64,000 bases of DNA from an uncultured Dehalococcoidia bacterium (GCA_958296445.1 OY282565.1:440458-504457), one strand, 5' to 3'. Counted from the stretch's first letter, positions 17,925 through 27,908 are shown. The notes: a model not told the origin generated them from the sequence alone. Numbers and translations are program-made.

Positions 17925-19601
17925 ATGCCGAAACTTACCGGGGCGCACCTGTTCATCCGCTGCCTGAAGCAGGAAGGCATCGAGAAAGTGTTTACCATCG
18001 TGGGCGACACCATTTTGCCGCTGGTGGACGCCGCCGAGGATGAGGGCATCCAGTTCATAGACGCCCGCCACGAGGGGGCCGCGTTGCACATGGCCGACGG
18101 CTATGCCCGCATCACCGGGCGGCCCGCCTGCGGCATATTCACCGGCGGGCCGGGGTTCGCCAACGCCATCTCCGCCTTGCCCGCCATCTACACCTCGGAA
18201 AGCCCGGTGGTGTTCGTGGCCGGCTGCGCCGAGCTGCCGGAAAAGGGCATGGCCGCCTTTCAGGAAATTGACCAGGTTAGCATGGCCGCCCCGGTGACCA
18301 AAGGCTCGTGGCTGGTTCACGACCACCGGCGCATCCCGGAATACGTGGCGACGGCCTTTCGCGCCGCCACCACCGGACGCCCCGGCCCGGTGCACCTCAC
18401 CCTGCCCATAGACTTGCAGGATGCGGAAATCGGCGAGGACGAACTGCCCCGGTATCTGCCCCAAGAATACCGCCCCACCGGGCGGCCCCAAGGCGACCCG
18501 GCCCTCATCGAGGACGCCGCCGCCCTGTTGCGCGGGGCGCGGCGGCCGGTCATCATCGCCGGCAACCCGGCCCGCTACTCGGTGGCCCCGGAGCAACTGG
18601 AGCGGCTGGCCGAAGCCGCCAACGCCCCGGTATTTACTGTCGAGCAGGCCCGGGGGCTGCTCGACGACCGGCATCCGCTCTGCTTCGGCTACGCCGACGG
18701 CGCCCTGAACCCCACCGCGCGGCGCTTCCGCGAGGCCGACGCCGTGTTGCTTCTGGGCAAGCGGCTCGACCACCGCTACCGCTACGGCGGGGTGTTCTCC
18801 GCCGAGGCCAAGCTGATTCAGGCCGACCCGTCCCCGGCGGAAATCGGGCGCAACCGCGGCGTCGCCGTGGGTATCCAAGGCGACTTGGGGGCGGTCACGG
18901 AGCAGCTCGCCGCCGCTCTAGACAAGGATGGCGGCAACCGCGACGGCAAGGCCGACTGGCTCAGCCAGCTACGGCAAGACCGCGACGCCTGGGACGCCGA
19001 GCTGCGGGGCCACGCCGCCGGAGAAGCCCCGATGCACCCGCTGGACGTCTATACCGGGCTGGAAAATCACCTAGACGACGATTCGGTAATTATTTTCGAC
19101 GGCGGCGACTATGTGCAGTGGGGCCGGGCCTATATGAAGGCCCGCAAGCCGGGGCGGTTTATGCGGCTGGGGCCGCTCTCCCACTTGGGCGCGGGCATTC
19201 CCTACGGCATGGCGGCCAAGCTGGCCCACCCCGAGGCCAAGGTGCTGGTGTTCATCGGCGACGGGGCCTTCGGCTTCTACGCTATGGAGTACGACACCTG
19301 CATCCGCCACAACATCCCCATCACCACCGTGCTGGGCAACGACGCCACTTGGGGCATAGACAAAACCTTTCAGGTGGCCTACTACGGCCGCGCCGTAGGC
19401 ACCGACCTGCGCCATATCCGCTACGACCGGATGGTAGACGCCATCGGCGGCTACACCGAACACGTAGAAAGCCCGTCCGATGTAGGGGAAGCCGTAGGCC
19501 GCGCTCTGGCCTCGGGCCAGCCGTCCCTAGTGGACGTAACCGTCCGCAGCGGCGCCAGCCCGCTGGCAACGGCGATGATAGCGCGGCGCACCGGCGGCTA
19601 G
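17925..19601 (+). CDS. ThDP-dependent enzyme (acetolactate synthase / 2-hydroxyacyl-CoA lyase family)
   Basis: RHEGAALHMADGYAR, GPG, FQEIDQ and GDGAFG...N motifs. Confidence 0.92.
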   Translation: MPKLTGAHLFIRCLKQEGIEKVFTIVGDTILPLVDAAEDEGIQFIDARHEGAALHMADGYARITGRPACGIFTGGPGFANAISALPAIYTSESPVVFVAGCAELPEKGMAAFQEIDQVSMAAPVTKGSWLVHDHRRIPEYVATAFRAATTGRPGPVHLTLPIDLQDAEIGEDELPRYLPQEYRPTGRPQGDPALIEDAAALLRGARRPVIIAGNPARYSVAPEQLERLAEAANAPVFTVEQARGLLDDRHPLCFGYADGALNPTARRFREADAVLLLGKRLDHRYRYGGVFSAEAKLIQADPSPAEIGRNRGVAVGIQGDLGAVTEQLAAALDKDGGNRDGKADWLSQLRQDRDAWDAELRGHAAGEAPMHPLDVYTGLENHLDDDSVIIFDGGDYVQWGRAYMKARKPGRFMRLGPLSHLGAGIPYGMAAKLAHPEAKVLVFIGDGAFGFYAMEYDTCIRHNIPITTVLGNDATWGIDKTFQVAYYGRAVGTDLRHIRYDRMVDAIGGYTEHVESPSDVGEAVGRALASGQPSLVDVTVRSGASPLATAMIARRTGG

Positions 19602-19616
19602 GCGCGGCAGGGGCTT

Positions 19617-20492
19617 ATGCTATTTTCCCGCCTGATCTGGTTCCTCCGGGTGGCCGTGATGTATTGGCCCCGCTTGGCCCTTTGGCCGGAGCTGTGGCGC
19701 ATGGCGTTCCGGTACGTTACCGGACTGCGGTTTGTTTCCGGCGGCCGGGCCAGGGCGCACCGGCGTCAGGCGGAAGAGAACGCCGCGGCACTGGCCTGGT
19801 GCGCCGGCCGGGCCGTATCCGGCGAAGACTTGGCCCGTTGCCTGCCTTTCCCCTTCGTCTTGACCGGCATCGGCGAGCAGCATCCCCAAGAGTTCCGGCA
19901 GGCCGCCAGCCGGGCGGCGGACTGTCCAGTGAACCTCGGCGGCGCCGGCAACATAGACCTGCTGTATTCTCTGAGCAAGGCCATCGGGGCGCGAAGCATC
20001 GTCGAAACCGGAGTAGCGCTGGGATGGAGCAGCCTGGCGTTCCTGCTGTCGGTTCGGGGACTGCCGGTTATGGGAGAGCAAGGCGCCCGCGTTTACAGCA
20101 CCAACCTGCCTCACCCTTTTAGCGTGCCCCCCCCCCCGAGGTGGCCTCCGGCAGTGGATGGATTCAGACGCTTGGGTTGGGTGTGTAGTGCCGCAACCGT
20201 TGCGGCATCAGTGGCGGCTGTTCCCGATGGCCGACCGGGAGGGACTGCCCCGCGCCTTGCGTGAGGCCGCGCCGGTAGACTTGGCCCACTACGATTCCGA
20301 CAAGTCGCCCCAGGGCCGCGCTTTCGCTTACGCCGCCATCTGGCAAGCCTTGCGGGAAGGCGGGATTCTGGTCTCCGACGACGTTGGCGACAAGGCGACA
20401 ATCTGGAATTCCGGCGTTTCGCCGAAAAGGTGGCCCGGGAACCCATCGTCGTCCACTGGAACGGCAAGTTCCAGGGTATCCTTATCAAATGA
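19617..20492 (+). pseudogene. Class I SAM methyltransferase (Methyltransf_24-like) with two frameshifts
   Basis: VETGVALGWSS in frame 1, HYDSDKS...GGILVSDD in frame 2, then GDNLEFRRF...GILIK-stop. The breaks fall at a C11 tract and an 8-bp duplication. Confidence 0.8.
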
Positions 20493-20667
20493 CGGCGGCG
20501 CGACGGTAACGCACCGGGGGCTAGGCGCGGCGGGGGCGGCGAACAAGGGCGGGACGGGAACGGATTATCCATATAAAGCGGCGCTCCGGTGACGCATACC
20601 GATACATATTCCCGTCGGCGTTAATCTGTATGCCGTTATCGAATATGGAAACCCGGTAGACATAGGG

Positions 20668-20697
20668 TTGACAATCGAAAGCAAAAGGGGGTATTGT
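20668..20697 (+). promoter_or_regulatory. Sigma70-type promoter
   Basis: TTGACA-18 nt-TATTGT upstream of 20752. Confidence 0.5.
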
Positions 20698-20751
20698 GGC
20701 GCATAAGGCAAACCCCCCGTTGCCCGGTGCATTATATTTTGGAGGGAAGGT

Positions 20752-22026
20752 ATGCTAAAGATAGGCCATGAGGTCGTCCGGCCTGGCAAGTACCACGGCG
20801 ACTCGCCCGTCACTATCCAGGTCCCCGAAGAGCTGGAATCGGTGCCGGGGATTCCCCTCACCAGCCGCGAAGTTGACTGGTACGCCAGGGAATACCCCCT
20901 GGAAACCATGAACATCACCGAGCGGGCATCCCGTGACTGGGCCAACGCCATCCGCGACCAGCACGTCGAGATGCGGGAAATCCGCAAGGAACACGACCGC
21001 CTGAATCAGCCCCTGATTCTGGCCGCCCGCATGACCAGCGAGCAGGAACCGACGGCGGAGCCCACCGGCGAAGACGTAACCGAGTCGATCAAGAACAAGG
21101 CCCGGGAACTCGGCTACATCGAAGTCGGCATCACCGCCTACGACCACCGCTACACCTACCAGAGCAAGAAGGACTGGGTCCAGTTCCCCAACGCCATCTG
21201 CTTGGCCTACGAACAGGACTTCGAGCCGACCCAGACCATCCCCAGCATTGACGCCGAGATCGTCCACTCCAGCACCTACCGCACCGAGGGCGCGGCCGGC
21301 CTGGAGCTGGCGAAGCACATCCAGTCCCTCGGCTACCGGGCGCAGGTGCACAGCCCCAACGACAACACCGGCCCCTACATCCCGATGTTCGTTGCGGCCG
21401 GCCTCGGCTCCCTAGGCGCCTGCGGCTACCTGCTGACCCCCCACGTCGGCTCCCGCTGCCGCATCATGATTATCACCACCGACGCCAACGTCACCCATGA
21501 CTCGCCGGTGGACTACGGCATCCACGCCTTCTGCCAGGTGTGCCAGGTCTGCGTGAACCGCTGCCCGGGCCGCGCCCTGATGCGCGACAAGATCTGGTGG
21601 CGGGGCATCGAAAAGAACAAGCTCTACTTCAAGCGCTGCCGCCCGGTCATGGCCCGCTACCTCGGCTGCGGCATCTGCATGAAGGTCTGCCCGATCCAGA
21701 AGTACGGCATGGCGACGGTGATGGAACACTACGCCGCCACCGGCCAGGTGCTGGGCAAGGGCACCCACGACCTGGAAGGCTACGAACTCGAGGGCAAGGG
21801 CTACTTCGGCCCCGGCGAAATGCCGGTCTTCGAGCGCGAATTCTTCTCGGCTATGCCTCACGGCGACACCGAGGAGTTCGCCTTCGACAACTTCCGCCAG
21901 CGCGCCATGGACAACGGCGGCGTCATCTCCGACGATATGCTGGAAGAGTTCCGCACGGAGGTCGCCCGCGGCCTGCAACAGTCCCGCGACAACATCGGCA
22001 TGATGCAGGAAGAAGACTACATCTAG
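20752..22026 (+). CDS. Reductive dehalogenase/QueG-like 2x[4Fe-4S] protein
   Basis: IKNKARELG..EVGI, AAGLGSLG, FCQVCQVCVNRCP and C-x9-CGICMKVCP; no TAT signal. Confidence 0.8.
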   Translation: MLKIGHEVVRPGKYHGDSPVTIQVPEELESVPGIPLTSREVDWYAREYPLETMNITERASRDWANAIRDQHVEMREIRKEHDRLNQPLILAARMTSEQEPTAEPTGEDVTESIKNKARELGYIEVGITAYDHRYTYQSKKDWVQFPNAICLAYEQDFEPTQTIPSIDAEIVHSSTYRTEGAAGLELAKHIQSLGYRAQVHSPNDNTGPYIPMFVAAGLGSLGACGYLLTPHVGSRCRIMIITTDANVTHDSPVDYGIHAFCQVCQVCVNRCPGRALMRDKIWWRGIEKNKLYFKRCRPVMARYLGCGICMKVCPIQKYGMATVMEHYAATGQVLGKGTHDLEGYELEGKGYFGPGEMPVFEREFFSAMPHGDTEEFAFDNFRQRAMDNGGVISDDMLEEFRTEVARGLQQSRDNIGMMQEEDYI

Positions 22027-22060
22027 CCTTCGCCCCGCATCGCAACCCGTCGGAATCACG

Positions 22061-22087
22061 GGGGGCGGCGTTTCGCCGCCCCCTTTC
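22061..22087 (+). terminator. Intrinsic terminator-like hairpin
   Basis: GGGGGCGGCG-TTT-CGCCGCCCCC followed by TTT. Confidence 0.6.
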
Positions 22088-22204
22088 CGTTGACGTCTCA
22101 TTCCATTCAGGTAAAATATCATTCATAAAGATTCCTTGAACGGAGTCGGTGAACAGGGTAGGGATCCTTTGCCCTGCCCATAAGCCCAAATAAAAGGAGG
22201 GAGT

Positions 22205-22516
22205 ATGCCAGAGTATTCTACTCTAAGGATGGACGTATCCGTCCTTACGGAAGAACGCGAGGACAGATGGGCTTTTTACGTCCACGAATTCGGTTTCACG
22301 GTTTACTCCGAAACCGAGCAGGGGGGAGAGGCCGCCGTTAATGATGCCATCAGTGCGTTGCTGAGCAGTTTCCGTGGCGACGACTCTAGGCTGCGGAAAT
22401 TTTTGGACGCCCATCAAGTAAAGCACAGCTTTGGGGCAGTGGAAGATGCTGGCGATCCACCCCTCACCAGCATGGTGCTCCGGGAAATAGAGGTGCCGCT
22501 TGCCGTTGCCGTCTAG
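22205..22516 (+). CDS. HicB-like protein
   Basis: beta-beta-beta-alpha pattern (EEREDRWAFYVHEFGFTVYSETEQGGEAAVNDAI); AAGGAGG RBS; TTGACG-16-TAAAAT at 22090-22117. Confidence 0.5.
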   Translation: MPEYSTLRMDVSVLTEEREDRWAFYVHEFGFTVYSETEQGGEAAVNDAISALLSSFRGDDSRLRKFLDAHQVKHSFGAVEDAGDPPLTSMVLREIEVPLAVAV

Positions 22517-22745
22517 CCTCACCGGCATCGAAGTCAACGCCTTGCTTGCGGAAATTGGCTTACGCGAAGACTACCGGACCGGCCAAGCCACCGTATTTGT
22601 AGATCCGGCGGACGATACCAAAACAGTAGTAATTCAGGAAGGTTGGGACATTTCAACCAGTGATCTAGTCCGCAATCTCGAACGGAATGGATTTGACTCC
22701 TCCAAGCTCTTGGATGCTTACGAAAAGTTGTATCGCGCAGGCTAG
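22500..22745 (+). CDS. HicA-like small protein
   Basis: LPSSLTGIEVNALLAEIG...TGQATVF...VVI...DIS..DLVRNL matches the HicA layout; overlaps the upstream gene. Confidence 0.5.
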   Translation: MPLPSSLTGIEVNALLAEIGLREDYRTGQATVFVDPADDTKTVVIQEGWDISTSDLVRNLERNGFDSSKLLDAYEKLYRAG

Positions 22746-22785
22746 TTTTCGACAATCCTAATTCGCAAGCAAGGCACCCGCCGAG

Positions 22786-22822
22786 CGAAAAGCGGGCCGG
22801 AACAAAATCCGGCCCGCTTTCG
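22786..22822. terminator. Hairpin terminator
   Basis: AAAGCGGGCCGGA-loop-TCCGGCCCGCTTT. Confidence 0.65.
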
Positions 22823-22862
22823 TATCTGCGCTTGAATAAATCCGATACACTGGCATGGCAGA

Positions 22863-22891
22863 TTGACGCGCCTATGGGAAATGCCTAGAAT
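22863..22891 (+). promoter_or_regulatory. Sigma70-type promoter of the DUF1800 gene
   Basis: TTGACG-17 nt-TAGAAT. Confidence 0.6.
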
Positions 22892-22933
22892 GCGCTTATT
22901 CCTTATGGCATTGCTTCTATCAGGAGAGGGAAT

Positions 22934-24376
22934 ATGCCGGAAACAAAAGTTGACGTTGAATTGATCGCCCACCTGCTGCGCCGGGCCGGGTTCGGCGCCA
23001 CCCGCGAAGAACTGGCCGCCTGCGCCGACAAGGGCTATGCGGCTGTCGTTGAAGAACTGCTGGCCCCCAGAGAAGAGCGGCGCATCAGCGACTACCTAGT
23101 GCGCCGGTTCCACCCGGAACTTTCCGGGATGATGGGCCCCCTGGCCCCCGGCGAAAACTGGCTGTACCGCATGGCGACCACCACTACCCCGTTGCAGGAG
23201 AAAATGACCCTGTTCTGGCACGGCATTTTCGCCACCGGCTACGCCAAAGTCATCCATGGCAAAGCGCTTTCCGACCAGACCCGGATGTTCCGCCGCCACG
23301 CTACGGGCAGCCTCCGCACCCTGTTGCTGGAGCTGTCCAAAGACCCGGCTATGATTATCTGGCTGGACAACCAAGACAACCACAAGGGCGCCATCAACGA
23401 AAACTACGGGCGGGAACTGCTGGAGCTGTTCTCTATGGGCGTGGGCAACTACACCGAAGCGGATATCAAGGAGTGCGCCCGCGCCTTCACCGGCTGGACT
23501 ATCGCCAACCGCCGGTATATGGAACTGCGCTCCCAGCGGGATTCCGACTGGCCCTATGGCCGCATTTCTTGGCATTTCGAGTTTCACCCCGAAGACCACG
23601 ACGACGACGAAAAGACGTTCTTGGGTGAAACCGGCAACTGGAACGGCGACGACATCGTAGACATCATCTGCCAGCAGCCCGCCACCGCCCGGTTCATCGC
23701 CCGCCACCTCTACAGCTTCTTCGTGGCCGACGAGCCGCCGGTGCCGGAGTGGCCCTACACCCCGCCCGCCGACCCCCAGGCCATTGAAATCCTGACCCAA
23801 GCCTACTTCGACAACGATTACAACATTGGCGCGATGCTGCGGACGCTTTTCAACTCCGATTTTTTCCAGTCGCCGGAAGCCCGCTACACCAAAGTCAAGA
23901 GTCCGGTGGAACTGGTGGCCGGCGTCCTGCGGCTCACCGGCGAATTTGACCGGCCCCGCTACGAAATCCTGGAGCGCTACAACCAGGCGTCCTATATGGG
24001 GCAGATACTCAACAACCCGCCCAGCGTCGAAGGCTGGCATCAAGGCACCGACTGGCTGGACAGCGGCACGCTGGTGGAGCGCATCAACTTCGCCAGCCAG
24101 CAGATTGGCGACACGGACAAGCCGGGCATCCGGGCGATGATTGACCGCATCAACGCCCAACTCAGCGAAACCACCTCCCCGGAGCGGCTGGTGGACGCCT
24201 GCCTAGAGGAAGTCGGGGCGCTGTCGGTAGAGGAAGCCACCCGCCGCGAGCTGGTCCGCTTCTCCGCCAGCAGCCTGTCCAAAACGCCCAACGGCCCGGG
24301 CCACACCCCCGCCCGCCAGCACATCGCCGACGTACTCCAGATGGTTGCCGCCACCCAAGAATTTCAGCGGTCATAA
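22934..24376 (+). CDS. DUF1800 domain protein
   Basis: HLLRRAGFG, LQEKMTLFWH, NENYGRELLELFSMG, ARAFTGW and PPSVEGW. Confidence 0.93.
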   Translation: MPETKVDVELIAHLLRRAGFGATREELAACADKGYAAVVEELLAPREERRISDYLVRRFHPELSGMMGPLAPGENWLYRMATTTTPLQEKMTLFWHGIFATGYAKVIHGKALSDQTRMFRRHATGSLRTLLLELSKDPAMIIWLDNQDNHKGAINENYGRELLELFSMGVGNYTEADIKECARAFTGWTIANRRYMELRSQRDSDWPYGRISWHFEFHPEDHDDDEKTFLGETGNWNGDDIVDIICQQPATARFIARHLYSFFVADEPPVPEWPYTPPADPQAIEILTQAYFDNDYNIGAMLRTLFNSDFFQSPEARYTKVKSPVELVAGVLRLTGEFDRPRYEILERYNQASYMGQILNNPPSVEGWHQGTDWLDSGTLVERINFASQQIGDTDKPGIRAMIDRINAQLSETTSPERLVDACLEEVGALSVEEATRRELVRFSASSLSKTPNGPGHTPARQHIADVLQMVAATQEFQRS

Positions 24377-24452
24377 GCAATCCCCACCCCGGCGGGCGGA
24401 GGCGTTCTGCTCCAGCGAATCAGGCCAAGAAAGTCAGAATGGTGGTGTCCCG

Positions 24453-25112
24453 GTGACCACGCAGAGCTTGAAACCGCGACAGGATTCAACGCAAACGCAG
24501 CCGCCGCCGGCCGCGGCCGAGCCGTATGGCCCCATAGTGCTGCGGCTGGCCCCCGCCGTGCGGCTAACGGACGCGCAGTTGGAAAAGCTGTGCGCCTTGA
24601 ACCCTGACATTCGCCTCGAGCTCAATGCCCAGGGAGAACTGGAGCTAATGCCCCCTGTACTCGGATTTACCGGAAACCAAGAATCCAACATTAACGCAGA
24701 TTTGGGCATTTGGGCCAGAGTCGACGGCAGTGGCCTAGTCTTTAGTGCGTCCACTGGTTTCACCCTGCCCAACCGGGCGTTGCGCTCCCCCGACGCATCG
24801 TGGGTTCTCAAAACCCGCTTGGCGGAATTGACCGACGAGCAGAAACGCGGGTTTCCGCAAATCTGCCCTGACTTCGTGATAGAACTGCGCTCCAGCTCCG
24901 ACAGACTGAGCGTGGTGCGCCGCAAAATGGACGAATATATGGAGAACGGCGCCCGGCTGGGCTGGCTGATCGACCCGCTGGAACTGCGGGCGCACATTTA
25001 CCGCCCCAATACGCCCGTCGAAATACTGGATCGTCCGCAATCCCTTTCCGGCGAACCGGAATTGCCCGGATTCACCCTGGACCTGAACCCTATCTGGGAG
25101 CCGGCCTTTTAA
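24453..25112 (+). CDS. Uma2-family endonuclease, array copy 1
   Basis: ELNAQGEL, RSPDASW, CPDFVIELRSSSD, KMDEY and LGWLIDP. GTG start chosen by homology with copies 2-5. Confidence 0.92.
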   Translation: MTTQSLKPRQDSTQTQPPPAAAEPYGPIVLRLAPAVRLTDAQLEKLCALNPDIRLELNAQGELELMPPVLGFTGNQESNINADLGIWARVDGSGLVFSASTGFTLPNRALRSPDASWVLKTRLAELTDEQKRGFPQICPDFVIELRSSSDRLSVVRRKMDEYMENGARLGWLIDPLELRAHIYRPNTPVEILDRPQSLSGEPELPGFTLDLNPIWEPAF

Positions 25113-25151
25113 CCGGCCCCCGCCAAAAACGGATGATATGGTGGTGTCCCG

Positions 25152-25811
25152 GTGACCACTCAGAGCTTGAAACCGCGACAGGATTCAACGCAAACGCAGC
25201 CCGTGCCGGCCGCGGCCGAGCCGTATGGCCCCATCGTGTTGCGGCTGGCCCCCGCCGTGCGGCTAACGGACGCGCAGTTGGAAGAGCTGTGCGCGTTGAA
25301 CCCTGACATTCGCCTCGAGCTCAACGCCCAGGGAGAACTGGAGCTAATGCCCCCTACATTCGGATTTACCTCAAACCAGGAATCCGGCATTAACAGACAG
25401 TTGGGCAATTGGGCCGAGGCAGACGGCAGAGGCCTAGTCTTTAGTCCGTCCATTGGTTTCACTTTGCCCAACCGGGCGTTGCGCTCTCCCGACGCATCGT
25501 GGGTTCTCAAAACCCGCTTGGCGGAATTGACCGATGAGCAGAAACGCGGGTTCCTGCAAATCTGCCCCGATTTCGTAATAGAACTGCGCTCCAGCTCCGA
25601 CAGACTGAGCGTGGTGCGCCGCAAAATGGACGAATATATGGAGAATGGCGCCCGGCTGGGCTGGCTGATCGACCCGCTGGAACTACGGGCGCACATTTAC
25701 CGCCCCAATACGCCCGTCGAAATACTGGAGCGTCCGCAATCCCTTTCCGGCGAACCGGAATTGCCGGGATTCACCCTGGACCTGAACCCTATCTGGGAGC
25801 CGGCCTTTTAA
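25152..25811 (+). CDS. Uma2-family endonuclease, array copy 2
   Basis: Same motifs; 219 aa. Confidence 0.92.
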   Translation: MTTQSLKPRQDSTQTQPVPAAAEPYGPIVLRLAPAVRLTDAQLEELCALNPDIRLELNAQGELELMPPTFGFTSNQESGINRQLGNWAEADGRGLVFSPSIGFTLPNRALRSPDASWVLKTRLAELTDEQKRGFLQICPDFVIELRSSSDRLSVVRRKMDEYMENGARLGWLIDPLELRAHIYRPNTPVEILERPQSLSGEPELPGFTLDLNPIWEPAF

Positions 25812-25850
25812 CCGGCGCCAGCCAAAAACGGATGATATGGTGGTGTCCCG

Positions 25851-26510
25851 GTGACCACGCAGAGCTTGAAACCGCGACAGGATTCAACGCAAACGCAGCC
25901 GCCGCCGGCCGCGGCCGAGCCGTATGGCCCCATCGTGCTGCGGCTGGCCCCCGCCGTGCGGCTAACGGACGCGCAGTTGGAAGAACTGTGTGCCTTGAAT
26001 CCTGATATTCGCATCGAGCTCAACGCCCAGGGAGAACTGGAGCTAATGCCCCCTGCATTCATATTTACCTCAAACCAGAACTCCGGAATTAACAGACAGT
26101 TGGGCAATTGGGCCGAGGCAGACAACAGGGGCTTAACCTTCGACTCGTCCGGCGGTTTCACCTTGCCCAATCGGGCGTTGCGCTCCCCCGATGCCTCGTG
26201 GGTTCTCAAATCCCGCTTGGCAGAATTGACCGACGAACAGAAACGCGGGTTTACGCAAATCTGCCCTGATTTCGTGATAGAACTGCGCTCCAGCTCCGAC
26301 AGACTGAGCCTATTGCGCCGCAAAATGGACGAATACATCGCCAACGGTGCCAGGCTAGGCTGGCTGATCGACCCGCTGGAACTGCGGGCGCACATTTACC
26401 GCCCCAATACCCCCGTCGAAACACTGGAGCGCCCGCAATCCCTTTCCGGCGAACCGGAATTGCCCGGATTCACCCTGTACCTGAACCCTATCTGGGAACC
26501 GGCCTTTTAA
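25851..26510 (+). CDS. Uma2-family endonuclease, array copy 3
   Basis: Same motifs; 219 aa. Confidence 0.92.
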   Translation: MTTQSLKPRQDSTQTQPPPAAAEPYGPIVLRLAPAVRLTDAQLEELCALNPDIRIELNAQGELELMPPAFIFTSNQNSGINRQLGNWAEADNRGLTFDSSGGFTLPNRALRSPDASWVLKSRLAELTDEQKRGFTQICPDFVIELRSSSDRLSLLRRKMDEYIANGARLGWLIDPLELRAHIYRPNTPVETLERPQSLSGEPELPGFTLYLNPIWEPAF

Positions 26511-26549
26511 CCGGCGCCCGACAAAACCGGATGATATGGTGGTGTCCCG

Positions 26550-27209
26550 GTGACCACTCAGAGCTTGAAACCGCGACAGGATTCAACGCAAACGCAGCCC
26601 GTGCCGGCCGCGGCCGAGCCGTATGGCCCCATAGTGCTGCGGCTGGCCCCCGCCGTGCGGCTAACGGACGCGCAGTTGGAAGAGCTGTGCGCCTTGAATC
26701 CTGATATTCGCCTCGAGCTCAACGCCCAGGGAGAACTGGAGCTAATGCCCCCTGTACTCGGATTTACCGGAAACCAAGAATCCAACATTAACGCAGATTT
26801 GGGCATTTGGGCCAGAGTCGACGGCAGTGGCCTAGTCTTTAGTGCGTCCACTGGTTTCACCCTGCCCAACCGGGCGTTGCGCTCCCCTGACGCATCGTGG
26901 GTTCTCAAATCCCGCTTGGCGGCATTGACCGACGAGCAGAAACGCGGGTTCCTGCAAATCTGCCCTGATTTCGTGATAGAACTGCGCTCCAGCTCCGACA
27001 GACTGAGCGTGGTGCGCCGCAAAATGGACGAATATATGGAGAACGGCGCCCGGCTGGGCTGGCTGATCGACCCGATGGAACTCCGGGCGCACATTTACCG
27101 CCCCAATGCGCCCGTCGAAATACTGGATCGTCCGCAATCCCTTTCCGGCGAACCGGAATTGCCCGGCTTCACGCTAGATCTGAACCCTATCTGGGAGCCG
27201 GCCTTTTAA
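26550..27209 (+). CDS. Uma2-family endonuclease, array copy 4
   Basis: Same motifs; 219 aa. Confidence 0.92.
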   Translation: MTTQSLKPRQDSTQTQPVPAAAEPYGPIVLRLAPAVRLTDAQLEELCALNPDIRLELNAQGELELMPPVLGFTGNQESNINADLGIWARVDGSGLVFSASTGFTLPNRALRSPDASWVLKSRLAALTDEQKRGFLQICPDFVIELRSSSDRLSVVRRKMDEYMENGARLGWLIDPMELRAHIYRPNAPVEILDRPQSLSGEPELPGFTLDLNPIWEPAF

Positions 27210-27248
27210 CCGGCCCCCGCCAAAAACGGATGATATGGTGGTGTCCCG

Positions 27249-27908
27249 GTGACCACGCAGAGCTTGAAACCGCGACAGGATTCAACGCAAACGCAGCCGA
27301 CGGCGGCCGCGGTAGAGCCGTATGGCCCCATAGTGCTGCGGCTGGCCCCCGCCGTGCGGCTAACGGACGCGCAGTTGGAAGAACTGTGCGCCTTGAACCC
27401 CGACATTCGCATCGAGCTCAACGCCCAGGGAGAACTGGAGCTAATGCCCCCTGCACTCATAATTACCGGGAAACGGAACTCAAGAATTACCGCCCGTCTG
27501 GATGTCTGGGCCGAGGGCGACGGCAGGGGCATAGCCGTAGACTCGTCCGGCGGTTTCACCCTGCCCAACGGCGCGTTGCGCTCTCCCGACGCATCGTGGG
27601 TTCTCAAAACCCGCTTGGCGGAATTGACCGATGAGCAGAAACGCGGCTTTACGCAAATCTGCCCCGATTTCGTGATAGAACTGCGCTCCAGCTCCGACAG
27701 ACTGAGCGTGGTGCGCCGCAAAATGGACGAGTACATCGCCAACGGCGCCCGGCTGGGCTGGCTGATCGACCCGTTGGAACTGCGGGCGCACATTTACCGC
27801 CCCAATACGCCCGTCGAAACACTGGAGCGCCCGCAATCCCTTTCCGGCGAACCGGAATTGCCGGGCTTCACCCTAGACTTGAACCCTATCTGGGAGCCGG
27901 CCTTCTGA
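27249..27908 (+). CDS. Uma2-family endonuclease, array copy 5
   Basis: Same motifs; 219 aa. Confidence 0.92.
   Translation: MTTQSLKPRQDSTQTQPTAAAVEPYGPIVLRLAPAVRLTDAQLEELCALNPDIRIELNAQGELELMPPALIITGKRNSRITARLDVWAEGDGRGIAVDSSGGFTLPNGALRSPDASWVLKTRLAELTDEQKRGFTQICPDFVIELRSSSDRLSVVRRKMDEYIANGARLGWLIDPLELRAHIYRPNTPVETLERPQSLSGEPELPGFTLDLNPIWEPAF

Noticed and set aside
18308-20122. 604-aa ORF and similar long Arg/Pro/Gly-rich alternative-frame ORFs (for example 5551-7032, 47687-48787, 51563-52666)
   Set aside because: Shadow ORFs of high-GC genes with no motifs, overlapping well-supported genes.
20580-20750. Cobalamin riboswitch upstream of the Rdh-like gene
   Set aside because: No recognisable B12-box or conserved core by eye.
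20752-22026. Respiratory RdhA
   Set aside because: No TAT motif and no adjacent rdhB membrane anchor.
24345-24452. N-terminal extension of Uma2 copy 1
   Set aside because: Lies largely outside the repeat unit and overlaps DUF1800; the homologous GTG at 24453 is preferred.
24657-27560. Diversity-generating retroelement acting on Uma2
   Set aside because: No reverse transcriptase or non-coding template repeat in the window; the differences are not adenine-specific and occur as shared blocks.
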